From the human T2T-CHM13v2.0 reference genome, Homo sapiens, in assembly GCF_009914755.1 (NCBI RefSeq), contig NC_060928.1: 64,000 nucleotides of DNA, one strand, 5' to 3'. Shown piece by piece: positions 59,363 to 64,000 of this stretch; the first letter of the stretch is position 1, and each line of letters starts with the position of its first letter. A program made the position numbers and the translations under genes. The notes below the pieces were generated by a model. The model saw nothing but the letters and a program-made list of their open reading frames with translations. It was not told the origin of the DNA and made no database searches.

Positions 59363-60806
59363 GAGCTCCATTCAGTTGCTACCAGTAGGAAAAATCTTTC
59401 TTTAACAACTTAATGACAGGTAAATCAACTCCAACTTCCCTCCTATTTGAGGTTCAAAATTATCTACATAAGTAGGCCCTTCATGATGAGCAGGGCTGGC
59501 CCTGGCCATCTTACAGGTACCTTCAATTACTAGACCACACAGCACCCAGGCAAAGAACTGGCGCTCAGCACGTATCTGTCGAGTGAATGAACTGGTTCCA
59601 AGAAGCATATTCAAGCGTATGTACAAAGAGCTGCCTATTCATTTAGGGCTACAGTAGGAATATAAAATGCTCTGTGGTGCCCCTTCATTATACATCTCTG
59701 TTAGCTAACAACTCACTTAGGGCTGCTCACCCACCCTAAGGCTGTTCAGGGAGGAACGAGGACTAATGTGGTAGTCAGTGCCCCGGCATCCTCCCCGCTA
59801 CTCTTTTTAGTACTGAACTCCCCTAGCTCTAGTCAGGCATGTGATTCCCCCTGACCCCGCTCCCCAGGTATAGACTATATTTCCTAGGCTCCCTGGGAAC
59901 TAGGTTTGTTCCTGTGACTATACCGTGATGTGATATGACTCGATGTAATGTGTCCAACTTTGAGGTCACCCTCTTAAAGACACAGCCACTTGCACCACTG
60001 GCTAAGACATGGTGACAAACGGAGCCATCTGGACAGCCAGGCATGGAGGAAGGCAGAGGAACTCCTCCAACCCTGACTTCTTAACTCTGGACTACGATCT
60101 GAGGACACACTGTACTACTCAGGGATGTCCTTGTCACAGAAGAGATTAGTCCACACCTTAACATATTCCAGAAGGAATATGAGAACCTGTTTTCCAACCC
60201 TGAAACAAGCCTCTAATTTGTCTAGGGCAAGTGAGTTAGCCTCCCCCTTGCACAATTTCCTCCTTTATAAACTGGAGATGAAAGCACCCGGTCAATTTTA
60301 TTAATACTAAGAATCAACTATTAAAGCACAAATGCATTGAAATGTGATGTGAAGCAGCCTCTGTGAATGAAACTATATCCAGGCAGCACACACTGGTGGG
60401 AAGTACTGCCCCAGAAGGAAATCTGCCATACCAGAATATTACTATTTTTGACAAGAAGCTGAAATGTGAGCTCAGCATAGCATTATTCTAAAATAATGAA
60501 AATATGCCAGATGCTTACCAACATGAACTGTACACACTGATTGCACAAATATGTCCATTAAAACTAATAACACACCAGGGGAGAAAACAAGCTGCCTCGT
60601 CTGTGAAGTGGACCAATCATAGTTTCAATTGTGCCTTACCAGGTAAGAACAGGGTCTTCCCAGGCAAGAATGTGCGACCCAGAAGTCACTGAGGTTTGTC
60701 CCAGGCAGGGCTATCACCAGCCCTTTTGGCACCTCTGAAGGAGTCAAGAAATGGGCCTGGTGATTTGCTTGCGTAAGAAACAGAAAAGAACACCCTCTTC
60801 CTCCAG

Positions 60807-60865
60807 ACTGACCCAGCTCCATCCCCTGGCCTGGGCCGTGGAGGGTGGCGAGTGGGCTGCATTTC
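60807..60865 (+). repeat. Copy 1 of a 57-59-bp dispersed direct repeat
   Basis: About 90% identical to 63292-63348. Confidence 0.9.
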
Positions 60866-61139
60866 AGTGGATTCCACCCTCATTTGCCCTTCAGCCAGGA
60901 GCCCTTGTGTAGGGAACCACCACACAACTGCATGCAGGGCCTGGTCCCAAATTTACAATGCACATGGCATTGTTATCAATAATGTAGTTAGAACTAATGT
61001 TTCCTAGGAATCCTAATTCTACACAGACACTGTCACCTGTCAGTAAATCTGCCAGAATTCCCTCGCTGGAAACTGACGTATATTTTATTCCAAAGAATAA
61101 CTAAGTGAATGCTCTTTCCCATCTCTCTTCCATCTGAAG

Positions 61140-61235
61140 AGATGAGAAGCAGGAGGAAGAGGAGGGGGAGGAGGATGGGGAGGTGAAGGGAGAAGAGGAG
61201 TGGGGAACAAGAGGAGCAGGAGGAAGAAGCAAGCA
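61140..61235 (+). repeat. GA-rich low-complexity polypurine tract
   Basis: Read directly from the sequence. Confidence 0.8.
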
Positions 61236-61699
61236 AGTTCCAAGCAATACAAAAGGGTTGTAGGTGAATGAAGGCTTACAGCCCAGTCCTGCAAGCAGCA
61301 GACAGGATGCAGGGAATGAAAAGGCTGGAAGACAACAGCCAAATATCAAAGGATTTACAAGAACAATGATGTATCCTTCAATTAAATTCTTTTGCTTAAA
61401 CTAATCTTTCAGTTCTTGTCATGTTCTCAAATGAAATCCATTTACAACTCCCAACACAAAGCCATCAGACACCCTAGAATTTGCTTAGCAGACCTAAACA
61501 GTGACACTGCTGTAACTGGCAAGGACCCCTTTTCTTTTAAAGGGACATTTTGGCAAGTCATTTCATAACCAAGACACTAAGGAGCACAGAATAGAAACAG
61601 CAGGCCACCTGCCATCTCTGCCAGGAGCACCATCCTCTCCCGCTCCCCGCGGGGCTCCCCCCGCTCCCCTATCTCTGGCCACAAGTCCCAATCATCTCA

Positions 61700-62050
61700 G
61701 CTCTTCAAACCCACCAAGCCCTCTCCACATCAGGCCTCCCTTACTCTGTCCCCTCAGCCTGAAATGCTCCTTCCTCCCTCCCCCCACAGGGCTAACCTCT
61801 CCATCCCTGAGTTTTCAGCTGCGGTCTCACTTCCTCAGAGCGGCCTTCCCGCCCATCAAAACTACATTCTTTCTGCCAGTCTCTTACCCCGTGTTTTATT
61901 TTTTCACCGTAGCACTTATCACAATTTACAATTATGGTTTTTTCCCCCTGCAGTGTTTATCATCTGGCTTCCTCACAGACGTACACACCAAGAAGTCAAG
62001 AATCATTTCTGTCCTCTTCACCATTTTAGATGGGTGCCCAGGCCCAGAAC
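61700..62050 (+). mobile_element. L2 fragment
   Basis: TCACTTCCTCAGAG..CCTTCCC..TAGCACTTATCACAATT L2 phrases. Confidence 0.6.
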
Positions 62051-63291
62051 TGGAGATTAAGTCACAACACATCTGGGTTGAGGGCAAAACCTTTTTTTTT
62101 TTTTTTTTAATTCCACGGGTGATTCAGATGCACAATGCCCTTTTGAGAGAAGTACTAACTTGACATTTTCCTAGCAAATTAATATACTGAAATACCAAGT
62201 AAATCACTCCATATGAAAGAAAAAATTTACAGTAATGCTACAATTTCTGATAAGCACAATCTCTTCATAAAGCAGCAGGCTTACAAATGTTGCCTATGCT
62301 TTCTCTTATGGTATTTCCAGATATGTTTACTAGACCATAAGTTATTGTAATAAAACCTACCCAGGATATTATGGTTTCAACAAGCACACAGAAAAGGTAT
62401 TTTGCAAATGAACAAGAATCCATATAAACTAGGCTAGTTTAGTAGTTGCAACCATTTTACCCATAATCCTGTGCTCTCTAATTATGCAAATATGGCCTCT
62501 GCAAAACACCAAGGTCCAAAATCCCTTCCCTTATAACACAACAGGGTCCCAGACTGCTTACTTCAATGACTGTTAATATGCCAACCTTTCCCCATAAAAT
62601 TCTCTAGTCCCTATTGTAAACATCAAAATATCTGCCATACAACCAAGAAAAAAAAAAGTGACTGATGTAATCCAGTCCTAAGCTATCTCTCGGTGGTGGT
62701 TACAGCATAAATTATTACAGGTTGATATTGAGGGTGGGGAATAGAGATGCTGGTTGATGGATTTTAAAATGCATGGTCGCTGTTACTACTAAATACCAGT
62801 TTTTCATTTCAAAGATTCCCCCCCCAAAATGACTCACGCTGCATTTTGACATTGCTTTCCAATTTTATCCCTCCCTAAGCACAACCAATTATCACTTCCA
62901 GCCTTTATCTAGCCGGCTAAATGGTCCCTTGCATCACTTTATCCTCTCCTTATTTCTGGAACTCTTTTTCTCCTAGAGCCCTTCACTCTGAAATTTTTCC
63001 AAACAACCACCAACTGCCTAAACAATGATTTCATTTTCAAGAAAGTAGTTTAGCAGTGGCTTGGTATCTCAAAGCACAAATGAGTTTTACAGTCTTCAGA
63101 GTTTTCAAAAGTCATTTGGTGTTATTCATCTGTAGTTTATAAGTGTAGATGCAGAAAACTGAAATGAACTGCCTAAAACTTTGGAGTCTTATGTCTAAAT
63201 CAAGAATTCTGCCTGGGGCCTTATTCTTTAGTCCCGTAAGTCAGACTCACAGGCTCCCCCTCTTCAATTCCGTCATCAGCCTGTCACACCC

Positions 63292-63348
63292 ACTGACCCA
63301 GCTCCATCCCCTTGCCTGGGCTGTGGCGGGTAGAGTGGGCTGCATTTC
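63292..63348 (+). repeat. Copy 2 of the 57-59-bp dispersed direct repeat
   Basis: About 90% identical to 60807-60865. Confidence 0.9.
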
Positions 63349-64000
63349 TGACAGAAATGGAGCCAGGCTATTTTACATATGGGGGACAAAGGTTTCCACA
63401 CCTTGTGAAACCCTAGGCCCAGCCAACTGGACCCAAAGTGAACATATGACCCAGAACAGCCGATGCAAACCCAGCTCAGCAGGGCCTTCCAAGAGGTCAA
63501 GAGGGGCTTGAGCCACTCTTGTTTTTTAAAGTTCCCAATAACATTAAAAATAAGAAAATGACAAAACATTTTAACGCCTATATTGAACAAATTAACATTT
63601 CTAACATCCAAACACTTATAACTAATTATGCTCTTCATAAGGCAGTTACAAGATTTATAAAATGTATTAATTCATAGTGCACTACAGGCAGAATGTCTAT
63701 TAATGAGAAACATATTTAAATCTGGATGACGAATGCCATCTTCTTTCAATCCTGCCAGTTTGTCTCTGTGACTAAACGTACAAGTTCATGTGGAGACAAC
63801 ATGAAGTAATAAATCTGAGGCCCTTCATGAATGTCAGGCCCAAGCTAAATGCCATCGCAGCCAACAGCTGCTGCCATCCTCCCTGATATATACACTATGC
63901 CCTATTGGCCAACAACATAGGGCAACATATTTAATTCAAGTGTCTACTTCAACAGAGATGATGCCAACTAGCTAGGATCATCACAGTCACCGTAGCAGAA

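Overview
Primate (almost certainly human) non-coding genomic DNA. It is repeat-rich, and I recognise no cellular protein-coding exon, tRNA, rRNA or CRISPR array. Spot counts suggest A>T and C>G on the + strand, which would fit a long intron of a gene transcribed on the - strand. The dominant feature is a full-length human-specific LINE-1 (L1HS, Ta-1nd diagnostics) on the - strand at about 41378-47417. It has an intact promoter, an open ORF1 (with Y282N), an open antisense ORF0, and an ORF2 broken by three small indels that still leave a 388-aa endonuclease-containing frame. It sits in the tail of an AluJ inside a nested L1M/MER33/LTR stack. Also present are a near-full-length Tigger1 (48925-51274), about 20 Alus, several solo LTRs, MIR/L2/old L1 fragments and hAT MITEs. 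The most unusual small structures are: a 148-bp palindrome made of two inverted LTR ends with a 5-bp target-site duplication (7100-7247); a 22-nt U1 snRNA 5' fragment (5457-5478); a permuted Tigger1 mini-element with TA-CAG...CTG-TA ends (51824-51912); and a 59-bp dispersed duplication with a fold-back junction (60807/63292). I found no evidence of a new multi-gene system. Repeat subfamily names come from my memory of consensus sequences and need confirming with RepeatMasker/Dfam.
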